Origin: an uncultured Acidobacteriota bacterium
GTDB taxonomy: Bacteria > Acidobacteriota > Blastocatellia > RBC074
Assembly: GCA_963796275.1 (NCBI GenBank)
Contig: CAWCKY010000006.1
Coordinates: forward strand, 288,001-352,000
Reading direction: 5' to 3'
Length of the DNA: 64,000 nucleotides
A model generated the notes under the pieces. That model did no database searches and was not told the DNA's origin. It worked only from the letters and a program-made list of their open reading frames with translations. The position numbers were made by a program, and so were the translations under genes. Position 1 is the first letter of the stretch. The number at the start of each line of letters is the position of its first letter. Below are positions 38,857-49,460 of this stretch, piece by piece.

Positions 38857-40668
38857 TCAGAATCGCCAGAAAACCGGGACGAGGAACGTTGCCACCAGAA
38901 AGAACCACAGCAGCAGGGGCATGCCCAGCTTCGCGTAGTCCCCGAAGTGGTATCCGCCGGGTCCCTTTACCATCAGGTTCACGGGAGTAGCAACAGGAGT
39001 GAGGAAAGCGGCAGCGGCGGCCACAGCCACGCTCATCAGCACCGGCCGCGGTGATATTCCCATCCCGGTGGCAGCAGACACTGCGATCGGGATGATGATG
39101 AGCGCGGTCGCGGTATTGCTGATCAACTGACCGAGAGTAGCGGTCAACGCGAAGAGTCCGGCCAACAGGGCATACGGACCGGCGTCACCGACCACGCGCA
39201 CGAGCGTCTCGGCCATCAAGGCCGCGGCGCCGCTCTGAATCATGGCGGTCGACAAAGGCATCATGGCGCCGACCAGGATGACGGTGGTCCAGTTGATGGC
39301 GCGGAAGGCCTGCCCGATCGTGAGCACCCCCAGCAGGACCATGGCACAGGCGGCGAACAGCCCCGCGATGACGGGGGGCACCACGCCGGTGGCGAGGAGT
39401 ACCACCATTGCGAGAAGCACGGCTATGGCCTGCTTCGCTCCCGGACCCAGGGGCAAGGCTTGCCGGCGGACCAGTTCGGGCGAGTCGACTACGAGGAGGT
39501 CGGGGAAGTCGAGTCGTTCGTCGAGCGCCTTCCACGTCCCCTGGAGCAGCAAAGTATCGCCGACGGCGAGCTTCGTCTCATTCGGGCCCTGGTCCTCGCC
39601 GCGGCGTTGCACGGCCAGGATGATGAGATCGCAGCTGGAGGTAATCATCCCTGGAAAGACCTTTTGCCCGACCAGGTCAGATCGGGGCGGGATGACGACC
39701 TCGGCGAGGCCGGACGCGCGGTTGAACAGCGTATCCGCGACATTTTCAACTTTGTCCTCTGACCGAAAGGCGAGTTTCTTGTCGATAGCCAGACTGGCGG
39801 CCGCTTCCGCGTTCCCGAGCAGGATCAGAATGTCGCCCAAGGCAATCGTGCGTCCCCTCAGCAAGTCGCTCCCATCTCCGGCTTGGATGCCGACGATGTT
39901 CAGGTCGGGATATTCCTTCAGGTCGAGGGCGTCGTCCTGTATTCCCACGTAGGGCGACCCGGGCCGCACCCGGAGCTGGAGGAGTCCATCCTTGAGCCGG
40001 TACTGCTCGATAAGGGTCCGGGCATGACGGCTGAGGTCTGCCGGCATCGTCGCGCCGCTTCGCGTCGGCAGCATGCGCTCCCCGAAAAGCAAGATGATAG
40101 CCATGGTACCGAGAAGTAGCGGGACCCCGACGATGGCGAACTCGAAGTATCCGAAGGCGCCCACGCCGGTGCCTGCCGCCGCCTCTGACACAAGCACGTT
40201 CACGGGCGACCCGGTAAGTGTCAGGAGCGACCCGGCGTGAGCGGCGAATACGAGGGGTATGAGCAGCTGCGATGTCGCGCGGCCGAGCCGGAGAGCCATG
40301 ACGATGACTACCGGCAGAAGGGCGGCGACCGCCCCGTTGACGCTGATCAATGCGGTGAGGAGCGAGACCAGCAACATAATGAGGATAAGTAGGCGCGCCC
40401 GGCTCTCCCCTGCCTTGGCGATCAGGAGTTGTCCCCCCCACGCCGTCACCCCGGCGACGTCGATGCCCGCGCTGACCACGAAGAGCGAAGCGATGAAGAT
40501 GACGGCGGGGTCGCCGAGACCGGCGACGGCCTGGTCCGGGTCGAGTACACCGGTGGCGTAGAGAGCGAGCGCCGTTCCCAAGGCCACGATCACCACCGGA
40601 ATGCGGTTCCAGACGAAGAGTGCAACGACCGCAGCGATGATGATGAAGATGATTGCAATGTCACTCAA
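38857..40668 (-). CDS. SLC13-family permease with TrkA-C domains
   Basis: TLTGSPVN, two RCK-C-like domains (EVVIPPRSDLVG), FLTPVATPVNLMVKGPGGYHFGDY. Confidence 0.9.
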   Translation of the reverse strand: MSDIAIIFIIIAAVVALFVWNRIPVVIVALGTALALYATGVLDPDQAVAGLGDPAVIFIASLFVVSAGIDVAGVTAWGGQLLIAKAGESRARLLILIMLLVSLLTALISVNGAVAALLPVVIVMALRLGRATSQLLIPLVFAAHAGSLLTLTGSPVNVLVSEAAAGTGVGAFGYFEFAIVGVPLLLGTMAIILLFGERMLPTRSGATMPADLSRHARTLIEQYRLKDGLLQLRVRPGSPYVGIQDDALDLKEYPDLNIVGIQAGDGSDLLRGRTIALGDILILLGNAEAAASLAIDKKLAFRSEDKVENVADTLFNRASGLAEVVIPPRSDLVGQKVFPGMITSSCDLIILAVQRRGEDQGPNETKLAVGDTLLLQGTWKALDERLDFPDLLVVDSPELVRRQALPLGPGAKQAIAVLLAMVVLLATGVVPPVIAGLFAACAMVLLGVLTIGQAFRAINWTTVILVGAMMPLSTAMIQSGAAALMAETLVRVVGDAGPYALLAGLFALTATLGQLISNTATALIIIPIAVSAATGMGISPRPVLMSVAVAAAAAFLTPVATPVNLMVKGPGGYHFGDYAKLGMPLLLWFFLVATFLVPVFWRF

Positions 40669-40770
40669 AGTCGCCCTCCCTCGTCGCAGGCGTTTACGGG
40701 CGACGATCTATATCTGCGATTCGTTTGAAACCCGATCGGGGATGGGCCCGATGCGCGCCTGCATCCTCGT

Positions 40771-42321
40771 TTAGGCTCTGGATGCCGGCGGGGTGAAGTT
40801 CATCGCGAGGTCGATCAGAAGGCGCGTGCCGAAGCCGGTCGCACCTTTGGGACGCCACGACTCGTCGGAGTCGGCGTACATCGTGCCGCAGATGTCGATG
40901 TGCGCCCAGGGCAGGTTGTCAACGAACTCTTCCAGGAAGAGCGCGGCCGTGATCGCACCTGGGTTGTCAGCACCCATGTTCTTCATGTCCGCGATGTTGG
41001 AGTCGAGCTGCTTGCGGTAGCGCTTCTCGAGCGGCAGCCGCCACACCAGCTCGTCGGTGTTGTGCGACGCCGCCATCACCTGATCGGCGAACGCCTGTGA
41101 GTTGCTGAACAGGCCCGCCACCTGGTCACCGAGCGCCCGGAGACAGGCTCCCGTGAGGGTGGCGATGGTCACGATTGCATCGGGTTGCTCCTCGACTGCC
41201 AGCACGATTCCATCCGCGAGGATCAGCCGGCCCTCCGCGTCGGTGCTGAGGACCTCAATGGTCTTCCCGCCGTGGATCGTGAGCACGTCGCCCATTTTCA
41301 TGGCCGAACCCGACGGCATATTGTCGGTACACATCAGGTAGCCGGTGACGGCGGTATGGCACCCGAGAGCGGCCAACGGAGACATCGCCGACAAAACGGC
41401 GGCGGCGCCCGACATGTCCATCTTCATCAAGCCATGCATGGAATCAGCCGCTTTCAGATTGATCCCACCCGAGTCGTACATAATGCCCTTGCCGACAATG
41501 GCAATGTGACGGGCCGCCCTGGCCTGCTTGCCGCTGGCGTTCTTCGGCCGATAGGTCAGCTTAATCATGCGCGGCGGCTCGACGCTTCCCGCGTTGACCC
41601 CGAGTATCCCACCGCAACCGAGCTTGGCCAGCGCCTCCTCGTCGAATATCTCGATGCCCAGCCCACGGTCCGCGGCGATCGCCGCAGCCACCTCGGCCAA
41701 CTGACTGGCCGTGAGATATGCCGGAGGCGTGTTGATAAGGTCGCGCGCGAGTTGGGCGGCAGCGGCGACGATCCGGCCGCGCTCGGCGCCTTTAGCCACG
41801 GCATCGGCCCGCTTCGACCCGGCAACGAGATTGAGCTCGGCGAGCAGGGGGCCGGGAGCCTTTTCCTTTAAGGCGTCGAAACGGTAACGGGCCAGGAGCA
41901 CTCCCTCGACGACCGCTTGCCCGGCGTCCTCGGGAGGCACATTCGCCACGTCCGCCAGCGTCGTGCTGAGACGTTCGTGCTTGCTGACCGCACGGGCAAA
42001 CGCCGCGGCCGCGTCACGCAGCTTGGCCTCGTCGAGCTCGTCCGGGTCGCCGATGCCGACGGCGACGATGGTCGGTCCGTCGGATCGTGGCAGCACCATG
42101 GTTTGACCGACCTTGCCGTCGAAGCCCGATTCGACCATTGTGGCCCGGTCGAGGCCGAGTTGGCGGGGCACGGCGCCATCGACTCCGACGGGAAAACCGA
42201 CGCAACCGGCATCTGCCGGTATGGATTTGGAAACGCCGATTGTCAGTTCGGCTGAATGCCTGATCGAAGGAATAATAGTTTTGAAGCCTGCAAGGGCACT
42301 GGCACTCTTAACTGCAGTCAT
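40771..42321 (-). CDS. Leucyl aminopeptidase, M17 family
   Basis: VGKGIMYDSGG, MKMDMSGA, STDAEGRL, ATLTGA, WAHIDI; RBS GGAGG before ATG 42321. Confidence 0.92.
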   Translation of the reverse strand: MTAVKSASALAGFKTIIPSIRHSAELTIGVSKSIPADAGCVGFPVGVDGAVPRQLGLDRATMVESGFDGKVGQTMVLPRSDGPTIVAVGIGDPDELDEAKLRDAAAAFARAVSKHERLSTTLADVANVPPEDAGQAVVEGVLLARYRFDALKEKAPGPLLAELNLVAGSKRADAVAKGAERGRIVAAAAQLARDLINTPPAYLTASQLAEVAAAIAADRGLGIEIFDEEALAKLGCGGILGVNAGSVEPPRMIKLTYRPKNASGKQARAARHIAIVGKGIMYDSGGINLKAADSMHGLMKMDMSGAAAVLSAMSPLAALGCHTAVTGYLMCTDNMPSGSAMKMGDVLTIHGGKTIEVLSTDAEGRLILADGIVLAVEEQPDAIVTIATLTGACLRALGDQVAGLFSNSQAFADQVMAASHNTDELVWRLPLEKRYRKQLDSNIADMKNMGADNPGAITAALFLEEFVDNLPWAHIDICGTMYADSDESWRPKGATGFGTRLLIDLAMNFTPPASRA

Positions 42322-42400
42322 GATATGAGACCCTCCAGGCGAGCCCCGGAATGGAGCTCGCCAAGACTGACAGAATTGCAAGTTGAGCTGTGAATTTTTA

Positions 42401-43948
42401 TCACAACCCCCAGGGAAGCCCGAGTATCTGCCACAACGCCAGGAGTACCGTCCATATGACGAAGATGATCACGACATACGGAAGCATCAGGGCGATGAGC
42501 GTGCCGACCCCCGCCTTCGGGTCGTATTTCTGGCAGAATGTCACGATCAGCGCAAAATACGCATTCATCGGCGTGATGGCATTCATCGGGCTGTCGGCGA
42601 CCCGATAGGCCGCCAACACGGCTTCGGGTTCGACGCCCAGCCGCATCAGCAGCGGCACGAAGACGGGCGCGAAGATCGCCCATTTCGGGATTGCGCCGGT
42701 CATGATCAGATCGAGGATGGCCACGACCACCACGAACCCGATCAGCAACGGCAGGGCGCCAAGTCCTGCCATCTCCAGCATGTCGCCCATATTCACGGCC
42801 GCCAGCGTCGCCATGTTGCTGTAGGTGAAGAACGCCAGGAACTGGCTGATGACGAACAACAGAAAGATCAGACCGGCGAGGCCGGCAACTGCCTTCTCCA
42901 TCGCCTTGATGACATCGACCGAGTTCTTCATGGTCTTGGCGCCGATCCCATAAGCCCATCCGACCACCAGGAACACCAGCGCGATGAACACGATCAAGCT
43001 GTTCATAAACGGCGAATCACCGATGAGTGCCCCGGTCTCAGGGTTCCGCAGCGGCGCCCCCGGAGGCAGCGTCAGGAGCGCGAAGAACAGCAGGACTCCG
43101 ATGAGCCCATACGTCGCGTACTTCAACCCTCGCGACTCCTCCGGAGTCATCCCCTCGCCGTGCTCCGGAGGACGCTCCCCTCTGTATTCGCCCAGACGCG
43201 GCTCGACCATCTTTTCCGTGATGAGCGAGACGACGATCGTCAGCATCAGAACCGAGGCGGCCGAGAACCAGAAGTTGGCCGCCAGATCGATCGAGAGGTT
43301 TGGATTCATCAGGTGGATGGCGTCATTGGTGATCTCCGTCAGGATGCCATCGAGCGGCTTGATCAAAATGTTCACGCTGAAGACGGCGGCAACACCGGCG
43401 AAGGAGGCCGCCAGCCCGGCGAATGGATGTCTGCCAAGGGTGAGGAACGCAACCGCAGCCAGTGGAATCAGGACCAGGTAGCCGGCATCCGCGGCGATGC
43501 TCGAAATTATCCCGATGAACACCAGAATATAGGTCATCAACGCCCGCGGCGCGACCATCACCAGCTTACGAATCAGCGCAGCAATCAGTCCGGATGCCTC
43601 GGCCACGCCGACCCCCAGCATGGCAACGATGATCACGCCAACCGCATTGAAGTTCATGAAATTCTGAACAACGCCGGTGAACATGAATCGGATTCCTTCC
43701 GCCGTGAGCAGACTGCGAGCCGCCGTCGTCACCTCTTCGACAGCATCCGTCTCCGGGTTGATGGTCTGATAGGTGACACTTGTTCCCATCAAATAAAAAA
43801 TATGGGAAAGCACGGCAACCAGTGCTATCAGCAGAAGAAAAATCACGACCGGATGCGGGACCTTGTTTCCGACCTTTTCAACGCCGTCAAGTAGTTTTTG
43901 CAGACCGGTCTTCGATTCCCTCGGTGATGCTTCGTACGTCTGTTCCAT
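42401..43948 (-). CDS. AbgT-family transporter
   Basis: LDGVEKVGNKVPHP, GRHPFAGLAASFAGV, AAYRVADS. Confidence 0.92.
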   Translation of the reverse strand: MEQTYEASPRESKTGLQKLLDGVEKVGNKVPHPVVIFLLLIALVAVLSHIFYLMGTSVTYQTINPETDAVEEVTTAARSLLTAEGIRFMFTGVVQNFMNFNAVGVIIVAMLGVGVAEASGLIAALIRKLVMVAPRALMTYILVFIGIISSIAADAGYLVLIPLAAVAFLTLGRHPFAGLAASFAGVAAVFSVNILIKPLDGILTEITNDAIHLMNPNLSIDLAANFWFSAASVLMLTIVVSLITEKMVEPRLGEYRGERPPEHGEGMTPEESRGLKYATYGLIGVLLFFALLTLPPGAPLRNPETGALIGDSPFMNSLIVFIALVFLVVGWAYGIGAKTMKNSVDVIKAMEKAVAGLAGLIFLLFVISQFLAFFTYSNMATLAAVNMGDMLEMAGLGALPLLIGFVVVVAILDLIMTGAIPKWAIFAPVFVPLLMRLGVEPEAVLAAYRVADSPMNAITPMNAYFALIVTFCQKYDPKAGVGTLIALMLPYVVIIFVIWTVLLALWQILGLPWGL

Positions 43949-44259
43949 AGGACCATCCTTTCAAACCTTCCCCTCCGCACCCTGGCGCGCTGTGTGCTGC
44001 ACCGCCGGTCCTACGTTCTCTGCCGTGACCAGTGCCGCAACTGCGCAACCAAACGCGGAGGAAGTTACGTAAAAGGAGGATAAATTAATGATTCTTGAAT
44101 TGGGCCGCGACTCCGGAGGTTATCTGCGGGTTATATCTAAGAAGTAAGAGAGTATTCTAATGATATCTCATTTTGTCGGTGGTTGGGAAGTTGAATGGAA
44201 GCCGACGAGACTGCGACGGCAGTAATCAGTTTTAATCATTGATTAAAAAAATTAATTTA

Positions 44260-44288
44260 TTGACGAAAATATGGCGCTGGGCTATGAT
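44260..44288 (+). promoter_or_regulatory. sigma70 promoter for DUF1269-glsA
   Basis: TTGACG-N17-TATGAT. Confidence 0.6.
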
Positions 44289-44388
44289 CCGGCACCGCTT
44301 AAATTATTAGCAGCGCCTCATTAGCTTATTGATTTCGTTAGAAATTATGGGCTAGGGCGCTGTCTTTACAAAAAAAGGGAGGGAGAGA

Positions 44389-44913
44389 ATGAGCGATCTA
44401 ATCGTAGTTGGATTCAAGGGAGAGGACACGGCGGACCAGGTGTTAAACAAATTGCATGCCTTGAAGAAGGAGCACCTGATAGACCTCGAAGACGCGTGCG
44501 TAGTGGTGCGCGATATGGCTGGCAAGGTGCATATGAAGCAGGCGGTCAACCTAACGGGCGTCGGTGCGGCAAGCGGCGGCATTAGAGGCGCTTTGTGGGG
44601 CACACTTATCGGACTGCTGTTCCTCAACCCGGTGCTCGGAATGATTACCGGAGCGGCATTTGGGGCTGGCTTCGGCGCTTTGGCCGGATCTCTATCGGAT
44701 TACGGTATTGACGAAAAATTTATCAAGTCATTGGGTTCGACGATCGTGCCCGGCACGTCTGCGCTCTTCGTCCTGATCCGCAGCGTCACTGCCGATAAGG
44801 TCCTACCCGAGCTCCAGCCATTTGGTGGGACGGTTCTGCGGACGTCTCTTTCGAATCAGGAGGAGGCTCGTCTGCAGCAAGCGCTCCAAGGGGCGAAACC
44901 CGCGGGCGCATAG
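44389..44913 (+). CDS. DUF1269-family membrane protein
   Basis: LIDLEDACVVVR, GALWGTLIGLLFLNP, DYGIDEKFIK, PGTSALF. Confidence 0.9.
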   Translation: MSDLIVVGFKGEDTADQVLNKLHALKKEHLIDLEDACVVVRDMAGKVHMKQAVNLTGVGAASGGIRGALWGTLIGLLFLNPVLGMITGAAFGAGFGALAGSLSDYGIDEKFIKSLGSTIVPGTSALFVLIRSVTADKVLPELQPFGGTVLRTSLSNQEEARLQQALQGAKPAGA

Positions 44914-44977
44914 TCGCCAGCGGATGGGGCGCACTGACTCAAACAACTTATTTTGCGAGCAGGTAAAAGCGCTAGCT

Positions 44978-45982
44978 ATGCCTATACGATCCGATATTGG
45001 TACGGCGACCGGCACTGCGCATGTGTCCACCGGTCGCTTGCCTGCGCCTCAGCGGGTAAAGCAATTGGTGGCGGAGGCGTACGAGCTGTATCGGGCCACT
45101 GCTGACGGCCAGAACTCGCAGGTGTATCCGGCGCTGGCTCGGGTACCCAGTGAGTTGTTGGGTATCTGCCTGGTGGACACCGGCGGCAATATCTATGCGG
45201 CTGGGGACGCGGACTACGACTTCACGATCATGAGCGTCTCCAAGCCGTTCGTTTTTGCTCTGGTGTGTCAAGAGATCGGCGTGGAGAAGGTGCGCCAGGA
45301 AATCGGTGTGAATGCCACCGGGCTTGCTTTCAACTCGCTGTCGGCTATCGAACAGAACCCTGACGGACGAACCAACCCGATGGTTAATGCGGGGGCGATC
45401 GCTACAACCAGCCTGGTGCCGGGCGCGACGCTCGAGGCCAAATGGCAGTTCATTCACGACGGGTTATCGCGCTTCGCCGGCCGATCCCTTCCACTCAACA
45501 AGGAAGTTTATGCTTCCGCGTCGGCGACTAACCACCGGAATCGGAGCATCGCCCGCCTCCTGCAGAGCTACGGGCGCATTTACATGGACCCGGTCGAGAC
45601 GACCGATCTGTACACCAGGCAGTGCTCCGTAAACGTGAGCGCCAGAGAACTGGCGGTCATGGGAGCGACTCTGGCGGACGGCGGGGTGAATCCGCTCACC
45701 AAGGTACAGGTGGTGGACGCTGCCATCTGCCATTACACGTTGGCGGTAATGGCGACCGCCGGTTTGTATGAGACATCGGGCGACTGGCTCTACGACATCG
45801 GATTGCCGGGCAAGAGCGGCATCGGCGGTGGGATCGTCACGGTATCGCCGGGCAAAGGCGGTCTGGGGACATTCGCACCGCGGCTTGACGGTGCCGGCAA
45901 CAGCGTCAATGGGCAGCTCGTTGCGAAATTCCTGTCCCAACAGTTGGGTCTGGACCTGTTCGTCTCGCGACCGGATGCGTGA
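44978..45982 (+). CDS. glsA: Glutaminase A
   Basis: FTIMSVSKPF (SxxK), NPMVNAGAI, YTRQCS, GLPGKSGIGGGI. Confidence 0.95.
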   Translation: MPIRSDIGTATGTAHVSTGRLPAPQRVKQLVAEAYELYRATADGQNSQVYPALARVPSELLGICLVDTGGNIYAAGDADYDFTIMSVSKPFVFALVCQEIGVEKVRQEIGVNATGLAFNSLSAIEQNPDGRTNPMVNAGAIATTSLVPGATLEAKWQFIHDGLSRFAGRSLPLNKEVYASASATNHRNRSIARLLQSYGRIYMDPVETTDLYTRQCSVNVSARELAVMGATLADGGVNPLTKVQVVDAAICHYTLAVMATAGLYETSGDWLYDIGLPGKSGIGGGIVTVSPGKGGLGTFAPRLDGAGNSVNGQLVAKFLSQQLGLDLFVSRPDA

Positions 45983-46480
45983 TCAGAACATCTCCTCGAA
46001 ACTTTTTCAGACCGCTGCTTTCCCGGTCGCTGCGCCATCATGCTTGTATCAACCTGATTGCCTACATCGCCACCCAACGGCGACGAAGAATCGGCGTTTG
46101 TTTGATACTGCTCTAGAAAAAACTTGAGAAACGGTTATCAATAAAATTGCCGGTCACGACTAGAGCTATTGGCATATCCCAGATCGAATATCCTCCCAGA
46201 TAGCAATGCTGCGGGGCTGGTTGTCAGAAATAAATCTGGCTTCCAGGTCAGGATAAGCATTTCACCTGACATCCCATTCATCGAATACCCTTCAATAAAT
46301 TAAGCACAGTGTAGTTACGTCTCACTCATACAAATAATAGCTGCGTGATGACCCCGCTCACGGCCCTGTGAATGCATATTGGGAGCGGTGCTTCTCACGA
46401 TGATTACTCCAGGGAAAGACGGTTGAAACAAAACAGTCTCCGCCTTGAGCAGATTTAAAAGTTACGGGAGGATCAAAGAT

Positions 46481-46963
46481 ATGGCTGAAAGAAATTTTCT
46501 GACGACCGGCGAATCGGCTGCGGCCCCGGCTGCGCCGGTGCGTAGTGCGGAAGAGATTCGGCGAGACATAGCTTCGACGCGCGAGTCGATTACCGATACG
46601 GTGGATCAATTGAACAATCGTTTCGAGCAGACTTTAGATTGGCGCACTTATGTGGCGGATCATCCACTGATTGCTTTGGGCGTGGCGGCCGGGATCGGAT
46701 TTTTAGCATCGGGATTATTCAGGCATCGCGTTTCATCGAAGGAGCGTATTACTGATGCTTTAGCCAATACCATCGAAGACATGACTGACCGAGTTCGGTA
46801 TCGGCTCGATACCGCCGTATCGAGAGGGCCGGGGCTGATGGGAACAGTAAAATCGGCGGCTTTCTGGGCGATTACCAAATCGGCGAGCAGCTATTTGCGC
46901 GATCGAGTCATCAGCGACGACATCCAAGGAGTAGCGAGCCGTGGACGAAACGTAGATGACTAA
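46481..46963 (+). CDS. DUF3618/YqjD-like protein
   Basis: RSAEEIRRDIASTRESITDTVDQL, HPLIALGVAAGIGF; GGAGG RBS. Confidence 0.75.
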   Translation: MAERNFLTTGESAAAPAAPVRSAEEIRRDIASTRESITDTVDQLNNRFEQTLDWRTYVADHPLIALGVAAGIGFLASGLFRHRVSSKERITDALANTIEDMTDRVRYRLDTAVSRGPGLMGTVKSAAFWAITKSASSYLRDRVISDDIQGVASRGRNVDD

Positions 46964-47112
46964 AATTTTCTTCACATCGTCTTCACTCAACTAATTGTGA
47001 GGGTGTATTACCGCGCCAGCGGACGCGCCACTTACAGCATTTTCCGCGTCGATAAAAAGTCGCTGGATGAAACCTGACGCATATCCATGCGCTAAAAATA
47101 AAAGGAGAAACT

Positions 47113-47577
47113 ATGGCAGACACAAGACAAGAACAACCCAAGTCAGAGGCATACCAGGCGGAGACAACGCCTCAACCATTCGTGACTAGACAAACCAGTG
47201 AACAGGGCGCCGGCGCAACGGCGGCGCATGCTCGAGAAGTATCGAATATGGATCGCGAATCTGAATGGCAGATGGGTCAGACCCGGCAGTCGTTCAGAGG
47301 CCGTGCATCTGAGATGGCAGGACAGCAGGGCCGAGAAGAACTCAATAAAACCTATATCGGTGCGAGCAAGGGGATGAACGAGACCTGGGATCAGGCGATG
47401 GAATATAGCAAAGATCATCCAGTCGCTACCGCTCTCATAGCTTTCGGAGCTGGAATTGGAGTCGGATTATTTATACTCGCCAGCTTCGGAGGCTTCCATT
47501 CTCGCAGCCGCTCGCGCCGGATGGTGCCTCCGATATTGAATCTCGTATCGGAAATCAGCAGGGAATTATTCCGTTGA
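47113..47577 (+). CDS. ElaB/YqjD(DUF883)-like tail-anchored protein
   Basis: Hydrophilic N-terminus, then YSKDHPVATALIAFGAGIGVGL; AAGGAG RBS. Confidence 0.65.
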   Translation: MADTRQEQPKSEAYQAETTPQPFVTRQTSEQGAGATAAHAREVSNMDRESEWQMGQTRQSFRGRASEMAGQQGREELNKTYIGASKGMNETWDQAMEYSKDHPVATALIAFGAGIGVGLFILASFGGFHSRSRSRRMVPPILNLVSEISRELFR

Positions 47578-47660
47578 GAGAAAACATCGAATGATAACGA
47601 TCGGATTGCCCTCTTCTAGGAAGATATTCATCAACATAACTATTTTTAAGGAGTTAAATC

Positions 47661-49175
47661 ATGAACATCATCATAGATACCGCATCTCCGAAAGATTTTC
47701 GGACAGGCGTGCTCGCAGTCGGCGCTTTCAGCGATGGTCCTCTACCCCCTTCAACGCGGACCATAGACGATGCCTCGCAGGGAAAACTTTCCGATCGTAT
47801 CAAGCGGGGCGATCTCGAGGCGAAGGCGGGCGCTTCGCTAATGCTCTATGACGTGCCCGGTACAGCGGCGGAGCGAGTATTGATTATCAGTCTCGGGCCG
47901 CGTGACGAATTCGGCGAAAAAGCGTTCCGCGATGCACTCGCCGGTGCGGCCAAGATGCTCGCCGGCGGAGCCGCCAGGGACGCGGCTATAGCGCTCACCG
48001 ATATCGAGTTGCCCGGCCGTTCTCTCGCCTGGCGCGTCGAGCAAGCAAGCCGCATTCTCGCTGACGGGGCTTACCAGTTCGATGCTCCCGGCATGAGGAG
48101 GACAAAGCAAGATGATCGCGGTGTGCGCAAGATCAGCCTGTTGGTGACGGACAAGGCCGACTCGGAGCTCGAGCGCGCAGTGCGCCGCGGCCAGGCGGTG
48201 GCCGAGGGGATGGCCCTCACGAAGGATCTCGGCAATCTGGGGGGCAATGTTTGCACCCCGGCTTATTTCGCCCAGACAGCTCAGGCGATGGGCCAGGAGT
48301 TCAATTTCGCGGTCGATGTGCTCGAGCGCGAGGACATGGAGAAGCTCGGCATGGGCTCGGCCTTGTCAGTAGGCCGCGCGTCGCACAACCCGTGCAAGTT
48401 CATCGTCATGCACTACCGCGGCGGCGAGTCGACGGCCAAACCTGTCGTGCTGGTGGGGAAGGGGGTCACCTTCGATACCGGCGGTATCTCCCTCAAGCCC
48501 GGCGCTGACCTGGACGAGATGAAGTACGACATGAGCGGCGGCGGCACTGTGTTCGGCGTGATCAAGACGATAGCCCGCCTCGCGTTGCCGATCAACGTCA
48601 TAGCCATCGTCCCCGCAGTCGAGAACATGCCCGGTGGCAACGCGACCCGGCCGGGCGACGTCGTCACCTCGATGTCAGGGCAGACCATCGAGATACTGAA
48701 CACCGACGCGGAAGGCCGCCTCATCCTGTGCGACGCTCTGACATATGCCGAGCGTTTCGCGCCGGCATGCGTGATCGACGTCGCGACCCTCACCGGTGCC
48801 TGTGTGATCGCTCTCGGCAGTTTCACCAGCGCCGTCTTCGCCAACGACGATGCGCTCGCCAACGAACTGCTCCAGTGCAGCATAGATACGGGCGACCGCG
48901 CCTGGCAGCTGCCGCTGTTCGACGAGTACCAGGCCCAGCTCAAGAGCAACTTTGCCGACATGGCCAATATCGGCGGTCGCCCCGCCGGCGCGATCACTGC
49001 GGCGTGCTTTCTGGCGCGCTTCACCAAGGCGTACAAGTGGGCGCACCTCGATATAGCCGGGACAGCTTCGGTGTCCGGTGAATCGAAGGGAGCCACCGGC
49101 CGTCCCGTCCCATTGTTGTCGGAGTTCCTGATCCGGCGCGCCGGCGCTGGATCCGCCTTGAGCGCAGGTGCATAG
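47661..49175 (+). CDS. pepA: Leucyl aminopeptidase A, M17
   Basis: VGKGVTFDTGGISLK, MKYDM, NTDAEGRL, ATLTGAC, WAHLDIAG. Confidence 0.95.
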   Translation: MNIIIDTASPKDFRTGVLAVGAFSDGPLPPSTRTIDDASQGKLSDRIKRGDLEAKAGASLMLYDVPGTAAERVLIISLGPRDEFGEKAFRDALAGAAKMLAGGAARDAAIALTDIELPGRSLAWRVEQASRILADGAYQFDAPGMRRTKQDDRGVRKISLLVTDKADSELERAVRRGQAVAEGMALTKDLGNLGGNVCTPAYFAQTAQAMGQEFNFAVDVLEREDMEKLGMGSALSVGRASHNPCKFIVMHYRGGESTAKPVVLVGKGVTFDTGGISLKPGADLDEMKYDMSGGGTVFGVIKTIARLALPINVIAIVPAVENMPGGNATRPGDVVTSMSGQTIEILNTDAEGRLILCDALTYAERFAPACVIDVATLTGACVIALGSFTSAVFANDDALANELLQCSIDTGDRAWQLPLFDEYQAQLKSNFADMANIGGRPAGAITAACFLARFTKAYKWAHLDIAGTASVSGESKGATGRPVPLLSEFLIRRAGAGSALSAGA

Positions 49176-49460
49176 GCAAATAGTCGCATGCGCTCTGCCG
49201 CCTGAAGGATGGGGAGCAGCAGCAACCGGGGTTCTTTATTGGCTGTGGCGTCTGTTCCTTTCGCTCAACTACAGGACTTTGATCTTCTGATAGTTGGGCG
49301 CTGCTGCCAATAGTGCTAGTCAGGCTCATCGTCTACTTAGAAACGGGCAACGCTGCTGCTCTTCTCGAGGCGCGGGAAATGGAACTCGACCTTATCTCTT
49401 TGCCAGAGGGAAGCCAGGCGCCTTCCAATCGTGGTTATGGCATAAAACTGTGCTCCGCGT

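Noticed and set aside
42383-43894. 503-aa plus-strand ORF
   Set aside because: Antisense shadow of the GC-rich abgT gene.
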